DNA of 53,472 bases from a virus. The notes below the pieces were generated by a model that saw only the letters and a program-made list of their open reading frames with translations, made no database searches and had not been told where the DNA came from. Made by a program: the position numbers and the translations under genes. The DNA lies in IMG/VR virus record IMGVR_UViG_3300002307_000006, positions 1 to 53,472 of that record, one strand, 5' to 3'. Shown in pieces: positions 1 through 9,404 of the stretch. Position 1 is the stretch's first letter, and every line of letters starts with the position of its first letter.

Positions 1-87
1 CAGTCACAGTAGTATTGGCAATTGAAATCGTACCAGTACCAAAAATAGGGCCGCCAGTTAAGCCTGTACCGGTATCAATCTCAGTTA
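1..87. repeat. Terminal overlap, copy 1 (identical to 53386-53472)
   Basis: Both window ends read cagtcacagtagtattggcaattgaaatcgtaccagtacc...ggtatcaatctcagtta; 87/87 identical by eye. Confidence 0.95.
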
Positions 88-814
88 CGCCGCCAGACAG
101 CGAGAACTGCCTCCATGAGCCGCCAGAATAGCCATAGAACGCGCCAAAAGTGGTGTCGTAACGGAACATACCCACTTGCGGGGCAGAAGGTTGCTGAGAT
201 GTTGTGCCGGATGGGATCAACATTGACCCAGTACCGGGAATTATTGGGTTATCAGCAATTGAAATGACTGGATTACCAACACCGGTAGGGTTTGTGATGC
301 CAATTTGATTGGTTTGGCCAACCAAAGTTGTGCTGGTGATCGATCCATCGGTCTTTAAGACCATAAAACCGTTAAAACTGGCATTTGCAAGGTTTAAAAC
401 AGGCCCGGAAAGCGAAATTGTTGGGTTTCCAGCAATGCCATCACCATTTGTAATACCTAAACCAGAGTTTGCAACCGCTATAGAACGCGCCGCAATGGCC
501 GTAGAAGACGTTTTTACCTGAAAGCCAGTACCTGAGTTCACCAAAGACAATAAAGCGCCTGTGGTGCCGATATTAAAGAGGCCCTGAGCGCCACCGTCAG
601 TGATAGTTAGACCATTTGTCACGCCGACATAACGGCTATTTGGCAGTGTTGGCTCTTGATTGACCGTTAAAAAGGTCTGCGTTTGACTTGGGGCGGCGGC
701 AATCGCGCCCGTAGTCGTGCGTACAGTGACCCCGTTTTGGACGATTGGAACCGCCTCAGTACCTGTAATAGTACCGGCGGCTGGGAGTTGGGTAATGGAG
801 ACTTGTGCTGACAT
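1..814 (-). CDS. Tail fibre protein 1, N-terminal part (ATG 814-812; runs off window start and continues in frame at 53385->51602; joined product 865 aa)
   Basis: Manual translation MSAQVSITQLPAAGTITGTEAVPIVQNG... TAATG overlap with the stop of the upstream ORF. The last codons ...ISIANTTVT join [11 protein letters not shown] of ORF 51602-53392 through the 87-nt overlap. Fibre motif IPSGTTSQQPSAPQVGMFRYD. Confidence 0.8.
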   Translation of the reverse strand, partial: MSAQVSITQLPAAGTITGTEAVPIVQNGVTVRTTTGAIAAAPSQTQTFLTVNQEPTLPNSRYVGVTNGLTITDGGAQGLFNIGTTGALLSLVNSGTGFQVKTSSTAIAARSIAVANSGLGITNGDGIAGNPTISLSGPVLNLANASFNGFMVLKTDGSITSTTLVGQTNQIGITNPTGVGNPVISIADNPIIPGTGSMLIPSGTTSQQPSAPQVGMFRYDTTFGAFYGYSGGSWRQFSLSGGVTEIDTGTGLTGGPIFGTGTISIANTTVT

Positions 815-1188
815 TATGTACTCGTATTGTCTGGAGGGTTAGGAGCAATCGTGTCTTCGTTTCCGGTATTCGTTGGAGTCTGAGTGTTTTGCTCCGTTGA
901 AATCTGGAACTGACTTGACCCGTCCATGGACTGGCTACCCGTCATCAGGAAGTTGTCGTTTGCGGCAACACTCACATCAGGACGTGGGAACCGAAGATTG
1001 ATACGTTCAGTTTTTCGAGCAGGCAATCTCCAAGGGTCAAAGTTATCCCTGCAACCTTGGTCGCATACCCGAAGACCGGGGAAGTTTGGATCTGGGCCGA
1101 GGCTGACAAAGGATCTTTTCATCTTGCAACGGTCGCAGACCGCTATCGCCAGAGACGATAAACCGCGAGTGTCGAGCCAGACTGGCAT
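814..1188 (-). CDS. Small Cys-rich virion-module protein (CDRC...CDQGC zinc-ribbon-like), function unknown
   Basis: ORF track 124 aa; TAATG coupling at both ends; lies directly upstream of fibre gene. Confidence 0.6.
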   Translation of the reverse strand: MPVWLDTRGLSSLAIAVCDRCKMKRSFVSLGPDPNFPGLRVCDQGCRDNFDPWRLPARKTERINLRFPRPDVSVAANDNFLMTGSQSMDGSSQFQISTEQNTQTPTNTGNEDTIAPNPPDNTST

Positions 1189-2261
1189 TATCTTGTGTAC
1201 ACCGAAATATTCGGCGCCCAGTAGATTGGTGATTTGTCGCGCTCTTCTTGCTCTGCCTCATTGAGATACTGCATAGCCATTTTCTCAAGGTACTGAATAC
1301 GAGCCAAATCAACCTGAGGCAACTCAAGGCTCATACGGTGAGCCAGATTCATCACCACAGCCTCATACCAGCGTTGTGGCACTTCTAGTTCTTGACTCAA
1401 AGAAGTGATGTCCATCACCTGACGTGAGTACCAGATCGTCATCTGCACAAAAGTGTCAGACGGCGTTGGCCACAGCACGACATTTGGCTGAGGAATAGTG
1501 CGCTCAAAATAAAACTGGAACGGCTGGTTCGCAGTGAACTGTTTGTTTGGCAGATTTGTATAGTCGTCGCGGTTTAAGCGAGACATCTGCAATTCGCGCG
1601 AATTGTTTCCGAAGTAGAGTTCGCGCAAGGACAGAGTCGTGCCACCGGTTGCGCGCATTCTGTAGTAAGGGACGTTAGCACCGGGGTTGATGTCTTGCCA
1701 TACCCATGTGTTATCTGTAACTGTTTGATTGGTTGCTGTATAGAGAGTAGTCCACGTGGCATTGTCATATGAATACTCGTATACATAATTCCAAGTAGCA
1801 GATCCACCGCCAGCCACGTAAGGAAGAATGCCAATAGAGCCAATATAGATCGGGTTATTTGTCCCATAATTGACGGCGATATTCCCATTCGGTGAAGACT
1901 GCACACAATAAGTTTGAGGATTGTCATCATAGACGTTGGCTGTTACCCCTCCCGCTGAGGATGTATAGGAGCCAGAGGGCTGAGTCATTGTGCGATACAG
2001 CACATTCAGCACATCAATCGTACCCGCAGGCAAAAAATATTGATAATTGTCGGCATTCAAACCAACAACAATTTTGTTGATGGCCCAGTAGTTGATACCG
2101 ATATTGGAAAGGCTTGTCAGGAAAAAGAACAGGGACTGTCTAGCGGACAGGACTTCTTCGTCTGTCAACTCTTCAGCGAGTTTGCCGCAACGACGTGCGC
2201 CATGATCAATCAGAGTTTGAATGCTGATGACTGTATTGCCAACTGATCCTGAATAAGCCAT
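1188..2261 (-). CDS. Structural-module protein, 357 aa (tail/adaptor candidate, function unknown)
   Basis: ORF track; long ORF in late operon, tightly packed with neighbours. Confidence 0.6.
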   Translation of the reverse strand: MAYSGSVGNTVISIQTLIDHGARRCGKLAEELTDEEVLSARQSLFFFLTSLSNIGINYWAINKIVVGLNADNYQYFLPAGTIDVLNVLYRTMTQPSGSYTSSAGGVTANVYDDNPQTYCVQSSPNGNIAVNYGTNNPIYIGSIGILPYVAGGGSATWNYVYEYSYDNATWTTLYTATNQTVTDNTWVWQDINPGANVPYYRMRATGGTTLSLRELYFGNNSRELQMSRLNRDDYTNLPNKQFTANQPFQFYFERTIPQPNVVLWPTPSDTFVQMTIWYSRQVMDITSLSQELEVPQRWYEAVVMNLAHRMSLELPQVDLARIQYLEKMAMQYLNEAEQEERDKSPIYWAPNISVYTR

Positions 2262-2265
2262 ACAT

Positions 2266-2790
2266 TTACCACCCGGGGCAATTCCAGCGTTTTAATGATG
2301 CCTTTGCCCTTGGTGCATCTCCTTTTGAGTGTTCTACTACGCCAGACATCCGCGCGCAAAAAGAATCTTTACGAGATCCACCTTGAGGTTGCGGTGCTTT
2401 TAAATGACTTCCTGTCTCTCTATTGTACTTCTCGCGACCTTTTTCTGTAAGCCCTGCGCCTGCTTTTGTTGATAATTTTTCACCACGGCCAACAGCCAAA
2501 CTAGGGCCGCCTTCTTTCATTTTTGCGGTCTTAGCCGACTGACGAAAAGCCTCAGCAGTTGGAGCGCCTTTTGAACCCGGCTTGCGCATACGCTCACCAG
2601 AACCTTCAGCGATTCTTTCTTGCTTTTTATGAATGTTTTCATAAAGTCCACCAGACTTAAAACTTTGCTTTTTATCTGCATTTGCAAAATCCTTTCCTAC
2701 CTTAGTTGGAATACCTACTTTTTTAGCAAAGGCTGGGCTATGAGCCACGGCCTCCATCAAACGATGTTGAGCAGGAGACTTACTTGGCAT
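2266..2790 (-). CDS. Basic 174-aa protein with DUF3008-like N-terminus
   Basis: N-terminus MPSKSPAQHRLMEAVAHSPAFAKKVG resembles the DUF3008 consensus (from memory); carries FKSGG and MKEGG motifs. Confidence 0.55.
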   Translation of the reverse strand: MPSKSPAQHRLMEAVAHSPAFAKKVGIPTKVGKDFANADKKQSFKSGGLYENIHKKQERIAEGSGERMRKPGSKGAPTAEAFRQSAKTAKMKEGGPSLAVGRGEKLSTKAGAGLTEKGREKYNRETGSHLKAPQPQGGSRKDSFCARMSGVVEHSKGDAPRAKASLKRWNCPGW

Positions 2791-2792
2791 GA

Positions 2793-3545
2793 TTAGTCAG
2801 GGTTTTTAATTAAAACACCGCTTGAATACAAAGATGCTATGTTTGTTGTCCCTGTAAATGCTTTGACTTGAAACTGAATGTCAGTTTTTTCTGGGTGAGC
2901 AATTGGATTTTTGTTTGCTTGTGTGAAATATTGAACAAACGTAGATTGGCTCAACAAATTCACTTCACCAGTTATGTTGTACTTGTTGTACTCAGCAAAT
3001 AATATGTAATTTGATGCCGTAAACAAAATATTTGCATTGCCTTGAACTGCATCCAAATAGAACGTATATCCAGCAGGAACAGTATAAATTGACATCTGCG
3101 TCTGACCAATACCAGCAACAATCTTGGCATAGGTTGTGGTGCTAATTTTTGCTGTAATGTTTCCTACGTTTACACCATTGGTCGTGGAAATCAAATTGAT
3201 TCGCAAAAACGAATTGATGGTGGTCACGTTCGTCGTGCCATTCATTGCAATCGTTTCACTCAATGGAGCATAGTTTGCATCCAAACCATCAATTTTCACG
3301 CTTAATGCGGAAGTATCTGACCCAGAATCGCTTACTAACACCAATTGGGCGGCTGAACTTGGATACGCATAAGTACCTCCAGATGAAGTCAACCCTTCCC
3401 ACAATGGGCCAAATGCAGTAGAACCAACTGCCGCACTGTAGCCAAAAATTTGTATCGGCGTGTGTCCATCTACCTGACCACGACTTACTTGTAAATCAAA
3501 CGGTTCATACGCGCCTTGTCTCGTCGCGGAAGAATAAGTTCCCAT
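2793..3545 (-). CDS. Structural-module protein, 250 aa, function unknown
   Basis: ORF track; beta-rich T/S/N composition; late operon. Confidence 0.6.
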   Translation of the reverse strand: MGTYSSATRQGAYEPFDLQVSRGQVDGHTPIQIFGYSAAVGSTAFGPLWEGLTSSGGTYAYPSSAAQLVLVSDSGSDTSALSVKIDGLDANYAPLSETIAMNGTTNVTTINSFLRINLISTTNGVNVGNITAKISTTTYAKIVAGIGQTQMSIYTVPAGYTFYLDAVQGNANILFTASNYILFAEYNKYNITGEVNLLSQSTFVQYFTQANKNPIAHPEKTDIQFQVKAFTGTTNIASLYSSGVLIKNPD

Positions 3546-3567
3546 GTTTCAATCTCCAATTAAAAGC

Positions 3568-3583
3568 AGGGGCCGAAGCCCCT
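3568..3583 (-). terminator. Rho-independent terminator-like hairpin after the K/G-rich protein gene
   Basis: Minus strand AGGGGC-TTCG-GCCCCT followed by GCTTTTAATT; lies in the 48-nt gap 3546-3593. Confidence 0.55.
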
Positions 3584-3593
3584 ACCTTATTTT

Positions 3594-4685
3594 TTAACAA
3601 CGACCACCGCGTTTCATTCTGCTGGCAGGAAGAATCATAGGATCAGGATCCACTGAATACTTCTTTGCCGCTTTCATGCTCGCAGAGTTTTCCTCTTTGT
3701 TGACCTTCAACAGCGCCGCCTCGGGGCGAGTTACCTTGCCACCAGTGCGATACGTTCCAGACAACTGGGAGATCATGACAGGCGTTGGAGCCTTCTTGCT
3801 ACCTTGAGGCATTGCTACGGCGCGACCAGCGTTATTTACTGCTCCCCCCGTAGCAAAATGCTTTTTTGTAGCACCGCCTTTTTTGTAGCCGCCAGCATTG
3901 GAGTCTTTAACAGCCTCTGTTCCTACACGAGGATTACGCTTGCTTGCTTGGTGAACCAAGGTCTTGTCATAGTTACCGTATGACTCTTCTTCAGGGATCT
4001 GCGCGCCAACTTTGCCACCCTTTTTAAAGCCACCACCGTTGCCGTCTTTGACGCCGCCAGTACCAACTTTAGGATTGCGCTTGCTCGCTTGATGAACTAT
4101 CGTAGTGTCGTACTTGCCAGATGTTTCCTCTTCAGGAATGTCATCAGCAACAGAGCCACCTTTACGATAGCCACCACCGTTAGATAGAGCCACACCACCG
4201 GTAGCCATCTTCTTGGTTTTGCCGCCCTTTTTGAGATTCAGGTGCGTACCTTTGCCACCTTTATGCTCTTGAGCATCATGCTCTTTGAAAGCCTTTTTGA
4301 TCATGGCTTTGTCTTTCGACATATCCATCTTGTCTTCTTTGCGCTCATCGGCCTTGGATTCCATGCCGCCTTCAGCCTTACCGCCCTCTTTCATGCGACC
4401 GCCCATTACAGGAGCCGCAGGAGCCGCCATCATTGCCTTACGACGAGCCATCATAGAAGGCTTGCCGGGGGCTTGAACAGGAGCGTTAACAGCAGGACGA
4501 CCGATCAATGCAGGAGTTCCAGCCAAAGCGGCCAAAGCACCGCCGTCAGCCATTTTCTTGTGACCGTGTTCTGCTTTTCCGCCCTTTTTCATGGCTTTAT
4601 GAGTGGCGTGACCGCCTTTTTTGAGTTTTAACTCAATAGATGGCTCAGTTGTTTCCATCTTGATCATTGGTTTGAATTGTCCCAT
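3594..4685 (-). CDS. Hyper-basic Lys/Gly/Ala-rich protein, 363 aa, with 12 [LMFY]-x-x-G-G motifs and a ~48-aa tandem duplication (internal head / DNA-associated protein candidate)
   Basis: ORF track translation: LKKGG, MKKGG, MADGG, MKEGG, LKKGG, MATGG, YRKGG, FKKGG, YKKGG, FATGG, YRTGG, MKRGG. Repeat ...KGG.V...IPEEE..G.YD.T.VHQASKRNP.VGT..VKD.N.GG occurs twice. Confidence 0.7.
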   Translation of the reverse strand: MGQFKPMIKMETTEPSIELKLKKGGHATHKAMKKGGKAEHGHKKMADGGALAALAGTPALIGRPAVNAPVQAPGKPSMMARRKAMMAAPAAPVMGGRMKEGGKAEGGMESKADERKEDKMDMSKDKAMIKKAFKEHDAQEHKGGKGTHLNLKKGGKTKKMATGGVALSNGGGYRKGGSVADDIPEEETSGKYDTTIVHQASKRNPKVGTGGVKDGNGGGFKKGGKVGAQIPEEESYGNYDKTLVHQASKRNPRVGTEAVKDSNAGGYKKGGATKKHFATGGAVNNAGRAVAMPQGSKKAPTPVMISQLSGTYRTGGKVTRPEAALLKVNKEENSASMKAAKKYSVDPDPMILPASRMKRGGRC

Positions 4686-4697
4686 GTCGGTCTCCTA

Positions 4698-5666
4698 TTA
4701 GGCTTGGGTTACACCAAGAGCGCCAACGCGGGTAGCATTAGGGCCACAACCGATTGCTGGGATAGCAATAGCCATAACCAAACGCTTGATACCGTCTGAA
4801 GCCGATGATGGGGTGTATGTACCGCGAACGTCGCCAGTAGTTGAAGTTGCTGGAGTGGTCATATCAGCGGCAACAAAAGTGCCGGCGTCTTGAGCCAATG
4901 TGTTATTCCAACCAACTTTAACCACGTAGCCTGCATCAATTGCACGAACTGGCAAACCAAGAATATCGGTTGTACCAATAGTCACCGCTGTTGCAGAACC
5001 GTTGATGGTTGCACTAGCAATTTGGTAAAACGCTTTCTTACCAGACTTAGCCGTACCAGCAGTAGCAACAGTGATCGCCTCAGTCATTGGCTGGCCGAAG
5101 TAATCGTAGCCGCTGATGGTGATTGTGCGAGCAGTTGTGGATGTGTTGATCTGCAATGCGCGTGGGGTGTTCAACTGGATCACAGTCACACCAGAGGCAT
5201 TGATCACAGACTTAGCAGAAGTACCTGCGGTCAATGTCACTGCGCCTGACGCTGATGCAGTTTGTGATGCGGCGATGTTTGCAGTTTGCAAAGTTTGTGG
5301 AATGCAATCCCACACATAAACACGTCCAAGAGGGCCAACACCCAAATCCATAGGTGCAGGGTCGCCCAAATAGGCATCACCAGACGCATAGATTGTGATT
5401 GCACCAGTAGCGCTTGAAGATGCGCTTACGGTGTAAGTACCAATACCACCAGAGCCAGTACCGAAAGCGGTGATGTAAGAGCCAGTAGTAATACCAGTGC
5501 CGCTTACATATTGACCCAATTGAATTGGATCACCCGACAACATCGATGTGACGTTAAGTGTGGTTGTTGTTATTGAACCAGCAAAAACAGATTCGGACTG
5601 GTTAAGACCAGTACCCATAAAGGTCTGTGCTGGGCCTAAAAATAGGTCATCAGAATATTGAGGCAT
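4698..5666 (-). CDS. Structural-module protein, 322 aa, function unknown
   Basis: ORF track; first gene after the capsid terminator. Confidence 0.6.
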   Translation of the reverse strand: MPQYSDDLFLGPAQTFMGTGLNQSESVFAGSITTTTLNVTSMLSGDPIQLGQYVSGTGITTGSYITAFGTGSGGIGTYTVSASSSATGAITIYASGDAYLGDPAPMDLGVGPLGRVYVWDCIPQTLQTANIAASQTASASGAVTLTAGTSAKSVINASGVTVIQLNTPRALQINTSTTARTITISGYDYFGQPMTEAITVATAGTAKSGKKAFYQIASATINGSATAVTIGTTDILGLPVRAIDAGYVVKVGWNNTLAQDAGTFVAADMTTPATSTTGDVRGTYTPSSASDGIKRLVMAIAIPAIGCGPNATRVGALGVTQA

Positions 5667-5703
5667 TTTGTCTGCTCCTTGAAAAGTTTGACAAATACAA
5701 ATT

Positions 5704-5736
5704 AAAAAAATAGGGGCTGGGTTTTATCCCAACCCC
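5704..5736 (-). terminator. Strong rho-independent terminator immediately after the major capsid gene
   Basis: Minus strand GGGGTTGGG-ATAAAA-CCCAGCCCC (9-bp stem with one G-U pair) followed by TATTTTTTTAATTT. Confidence 0.7.
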
Positions 5737-5743
5737 TTGTTGC

Positions 5744-6658
5744 TTACACGCCGGGAGTACCGTACATTGCACGCCAGTCGGTGAAACCAACTTGGTAACG
5801 CTCAGTAGCCTTGTAGCGCATGGAATCGGTTTCAAAATCGCCTTCCATGGTCTTTTCAAGTTTACGACGCATCAAGAGTTTCATGCCTTCTGGGGCATCT
5901 GTCTGAACCCACCATGCTGTCGAACTGGTCAAACGTGACAATACAGCGGCGCCTTCGTCAAGCAAGCCAATAGACTTGATTGGGTTAACGTCGTTGTTGC
6001 CTGTACCAGTACGCAACACGCTCTTCAACAGAACTTCGGCTTGGAAGATGTTGCCCGGAGCCACAACCAATTGGCGTGGAACCAAACGAATCTTCTTACC
6101 GTTGTTGTCCACAGCCTGACGGATTTGGATCAACATCTGTTCGAGAGAGGTTTGAGACAAGTTAGCGGAAGTCGCGAGCAAGTTGCTTACTGTGCCGTTT
6201 ACGATTGGGTGAGAAGCGGAGTTCAATTGAACACCATCACCACCGGGGTATGCGCTGTTGAAAGCGCGGTTTAGCACGTTAGCGGCCAATGTCTCTTTGG
6301 TCTCAATAAGAGACTGAGCCAAGTGGCGAGCATAAACCTGACCGATGCGGATGTGGTCACCGTCTTCAACCAACACTTTGGTCAACGCGAAGGCCAAGCC
6401 AAACACGTTGTATACATAGCGTTGCAAGAAGAGAACACCACCCTGTTGATAGGTCACTGGTGTGCCATCAGGGAGTTGTGGTGCGGCGCCAAATCCATAA
6501 AGGACTGGTTCTTCGTGGTAGTTACGTGGAATACCTTCTTGTTCACGGAAAACTCGTGACCATTCATCGGTACGTTGGTCATAGACTCCATCGAAACATT
6601 CATTGAGGATCGGCTCAACGATTGATCTAAAGTCCGTACTGCGCATTGGAGCGGCCAT
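5744..6658 (-). CDS. Major capsid protein (HK97-fold type, Mu gpT-like length and pattern)
   Basis: 304 aa; position downstream of portal/scaffold. Sequence pattern ...YGFGAAPQLPDGTPVTYQQGG...LVVAPGN... typical of HK97-like MCPs (from memory). Followed by a strong terminator. Confidence 0.75.
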   Translation of the reverse strand: MAAPMRSTDFRSIVEPILNECFDGVYDQRTDEWSRVFREQEGIPRNYHEEPVLYGFGAAPQLPDGTPVTYQQGGVLFLQRYVYNVFGLAFALTKVLVEDGDHIRIGQVYARHLAQSLIETKETLAANVLNRAFNSAYPGGDGVQLNSASHPIVNGTVSNLLATSANLSQTSLEQMLIQIRQAVDNNGKKIRLVPRQLVVAPGNIFQAEVLLKSVLRTGTGNNDVNPIKSIGLLDEGAAVLSRLTSSTAWWVQTDAPEGMKLLMRRKLEKTMEGDFETDSMRYKATERYQVGFTDWRAMYGTPGV

Positions 6659-6671
6659 TTTTTAGTCTCCC

Positions 6672-7244
6672 TTAGAATGCGTTGATAGTGGCGACATACT
6701 GGCTACGGGATACTTGAACCTGTACCACCGTATATGCATCGCCCCATGCGTTATCAACGCCGTTAGACAAACCGATAATGCGTAGATCACCCACGTTACC
6801 AGAACCCACTAAACTCGAAGAGATCGTGCATTGAGACAAACCTGTGGTGGTAGAACCAGCCGACAAGTTTGTAAAGTTTGCTTGATCACCAATTGAGGTT
6901 TGTGCAAGGCTACCATCACACTGAATATCGTAAACAATATTAGGATCAGAGTAGTAATAAGTTACCTCAGAACCGGTTTGATACGCTGTGTTAGCGATCC
7001 ACTGATTGCTGATTTGACGGCGACCGGATAAATCGGTGTACTCGTGACCAGCAAATGCACCTTGATAGGCGCTACCTGCGGTCGCGGTAATGATGTTTCC
7101 GCTCGTGTTGAGTGCTACAGGCTGGCCTTTTAAAATGCCAGTGCTATAGCCTGATGCGATACCGTTCGCAAGTGCCACTGCACGATCCAATCCAGTTGGA
7201 TGGAATGAGGGGCGCAAGCCAAACGGAGCGTTTGTTGAAGACAT
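6672..7244 (-). CDS. Capsid-associated protein candidate (decoration/accessory), 190 aa
   Basis: ORF track; canonical RBS (AAGGAG) upstream; immediately upstream of the MCP gene; the function call is positional only. Confidence 0.45.
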   Translation of the reverse strand: MSSTNAPFGLRPSFHPTGLDRAVALANGIASGYSTGILKGQPVALNTSGNIITATAGSAYQGAFAGHEYTDLSGRRQISNQWIANTAYQTGSEVTYYYSDPNIVYDIQCDGSLAQTSIGDQANFTNLSAGSTTTGLSQCTISSSLVGSGNVGDLRIIGLSNGVDNAWGDAYTVVQVQVSRSQYVATINAF

Positions 7245-7272
7245 AGTCTTGCTCCTTAGTTAATTAACTAAC

Positions 7273-7821
7273 CTACCCAGCAAAATGCGGAGCAGGCATT
7301 GGTTTGTCAATCTCACCCAATCCTTCGCCTTCAACTTGAGCGAGATTTCTCCCGTTCCTGTCGCGTGCGCCAGCGGCCTGCTCTGCCTGTAAGCGAATCT
7401 TATTCGCCTCATCCAGAGGTTGGTCGTGGTGAAAGTGCGCCATGATTTCCTGATAGTGATCCATCGGAATCTTGAACAGCAACATTTCATTACACGCTAC
7501 AAACCCTTCATGTTCGCCAGCCTTTACGCGCCAATTTTCGAACCCGGGGAACTCGTCTGCTTTCACAGGCTTGTATCCAAGTCTCATACGCTTATCAATA
7601 CTGTCGTAACTAGAGGTTGTTGATAACCAGCAAAGGTGAAAACCCTTTAACTCAGGTACATTGGGTAATGCGCTTTGTGTCCATTCGTCCTTCCACATCT
7701 TTCGACGCTCTTCAGCCGATACGAACTTATCCTCAGGTGCCTCTCGAACTGTATCAAGACTCGCGCGATTTTCGCGTCCACCAGCAGATAGATTTTTTTT
7801 CAAACGTGTGTCCATTTTCAA
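7273..7821 (-). CDS. Head-module protein, 182 aa, function unknown
   Basis: ORF track; ATGA overlap with the scaffold-like gene. Confidence 0.55.
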   Translation of the reverse strand: MKMDTRLKKNLSAGGRENRASLDTVREAPEDKFVSAEERRKMWKDEWTQSALPNVPELKGFHLCWLSTTSSYDSIDKRMRLGYKPVKADEFPGFENWRVKAGEHEGFVACNEMLLFKIPMDHYQEIMAHFHHDQPLDEANKIRLQAEQAAGARDRNGRNLAQVEGEGLGEIDKPMPAPHFAG

Positions 7822-8810
7822 CTCCTATTTCCATTTTGTCGTGCCTCTAAGGCGTATCGGCGAATCATCTTCGCCCGCTTGTCTGCGTCGTCCCACATAC
7901 CCGCATCTTTCATAGCCCTTACCTGATCAGGGGAAAGGGTAAAGGAGTTGCCTCCTTGTCTACTACTCGACGCTGTTTCGCGGCCAGAACTTGTCACAAC
8001 ATTCCTTGGTCTAGATCGTTGAGATGGTCTCTCGTCTACCTCCTCAGTATAACGGTGTGGTAGATATTTTTGCAAGCGATTATCTAATTCTTCCCAATAT
8101 TCGGCTGTTTTTGGGTTCCAGCCTTCATCAGCAAGCCCTTGATCAATCGTTAATGCAACTCTTGAGTCGGCATCCTGCCCATTGGCGTCATACCATGGGT
8201 TTTCACTCATCCATGCACTAGCGTGACGCTGGAGCATGGGGTCTGGAGCCTGAATTGTCTGTTGACGTTGCGGTGCAGTAGATTTTTGCTTGAGAGCATT
8301 CAATGCCTCATGGCTACGGCGTGCCTCGAACCACATTTCCTGTGCATTCGTGAGCAAATTACCGTCGCCTGTGGCTGTTGCCTCGGCAATCTTCTGTTTT
8401 GCAAAAGTAATACGGGACTCTTGGTCTTCAATTGCCTTATTGATGCGAGCAATATCGGAACCATGCGCCCTTTTCTCTAAAGCAGAGAGTCGCTCAAGAA
8501 GTTCTTGGTTTTTACGCTGAAGATGGTTCAACTTGTGGTCTTTATCCAACTCAACCTTCTTGTGATACTCCTTGCGGGCGCGACGTTTTTGACGTTTTAC
8601 CTCGCGCATAGCCTCCATTTCGGGATCAACTGACCCTGTGGCGGCTATTTCTGCCCGTTGTGCGGCATCATCATCGGCATCTTCACCCTCGCCGGCTGAT
8701 ACCTGCGGGGATGGGATGCTATTTGGCAAATCAACGACTGCGCCGCCATCTGCCGCCTCCTGAATCACCATCACTTCTTGATTTTCTGCTACGGCTTGAT
8801 CTGTACTCAT
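7818..8810 (-). CDS. Scaffolding-like protein (acidic N-terminus, long charged coiled-coil, 330 aa)
   Basis: Composition and heptad-like charged helices (KRQKRRARKEYHKKVELDKDHKLNHLQRKNQELLERLSALEKR); lies between portal and MCP. Confidence 0.5.
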   Translation of the reverse strand: MSTDQAVAENQEVMVIQEAADGGAVVDLPNSIPSPQVSAGEGEDADDDAAQRAEIAATGSVDPEMEAMREVKRQKRRARKEYHKKVELDKDHKLNHLQRKNQELLERLSALEKRAHGSDIARINKAIEDQESRITFAKQKIAEATATGDGNLLTNAQEMWFEARRSHEALNALKQKSTAPQRQQTIQAPDPMLQRHASAWMSENPWYDANGQDADSRVALTIDQGLADEGWNPKTAEYWEELDNRLQKYLPHRYTEEVDERPSQRSRPRNVVTSSGRETASSSRQGGNSFTLSPDQVRAMKDAGMWDDADKRAKMIRRYALEARQNGNRS

Positions 8811-9235
8811 ACAAATGCCCTCACCTCAAGTGGATTACCAGTGACTCTGGCGATTACTTCGTGGTCATTCATGATCATGAACTCCACTTGCTCGTCCTCA
8901 CCGTGCCGAACAGTCCAGCGGTCGCCAGTCCATTTAGGTACGCGGAGGAAGTCGCCAACTTCACACCAACTGCCCTCAACCCATGGCTCCATTGAGTCGC
9001 GTTTCTTGAACGCCAATGGGCCGATGGCCACTACCTTACCGATTGGGTTTTGCGCCCGCTCGGTGTCTCGTGTCTCTTCAGGCAAAATAATCCCGGATTC
9101 AGTCATTTTTTTCTTGGCTAAACGCATTTGTACAAGTACACGCGCGCCTAATGGAATTGCACCGGGGTCTACAGGAGGAAAAGCCTCCATAATTTCAGCG
9201 GCATTACCCGCTACCGTGCTATCTGTCATTGTCAT
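8807..9235 (-). CDS. GroES/Cpn10-like protein, 142 aa
   Basis: PLGARVLVQ...ESGIILPEE...GKVVAIGP...VGDFL...EVIARV parallels E. coli GroES PLHDRVIVK...AGGIVL...GEVLAVGNG...VGDIV...DILAIV. Confidence 0.5.
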   Translation of the reverse strand: MTMTDSTVAGNAAEIMEAFPPVDPGAIPLGARVLVQMRLAKKKMTESGIILPEETRDTERAQNPIGKVVAIGPLAFKKRDSMEPWVEGSWCEVGDFLRVPKWTGDRWTVRHGEDEQVEFMIMNDHEVIARVTGNPLEVRAFV

Positions 9236-9404
9236 CTTCTTTCAAAAGATCGTTGAGAATCTCTAAAGACTTCTCCAACCCTTGATGTTGGCCGACAAGG
9301 CGCTGATAGGTCTCGAAATTGATGACGTTACCGTCGGTCAATGCCTGACTTATCCGCGCCTGCTCCTCTTTTACAGAGGAAATCATGTCGGAAATCAACT
9401 TCAT
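9219..9404 (-). CDS. Small head-module protein, 61 aa
   Basis: ORF track; ATGA overlap with the upstream small ORF. Confidence 0.45.
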   Translation of the reverse strand: MKLISDMISSVKEEQARISQALTDGNVINFETYQRLVGQHQGLEKSLEILNDLLKEDDNDR

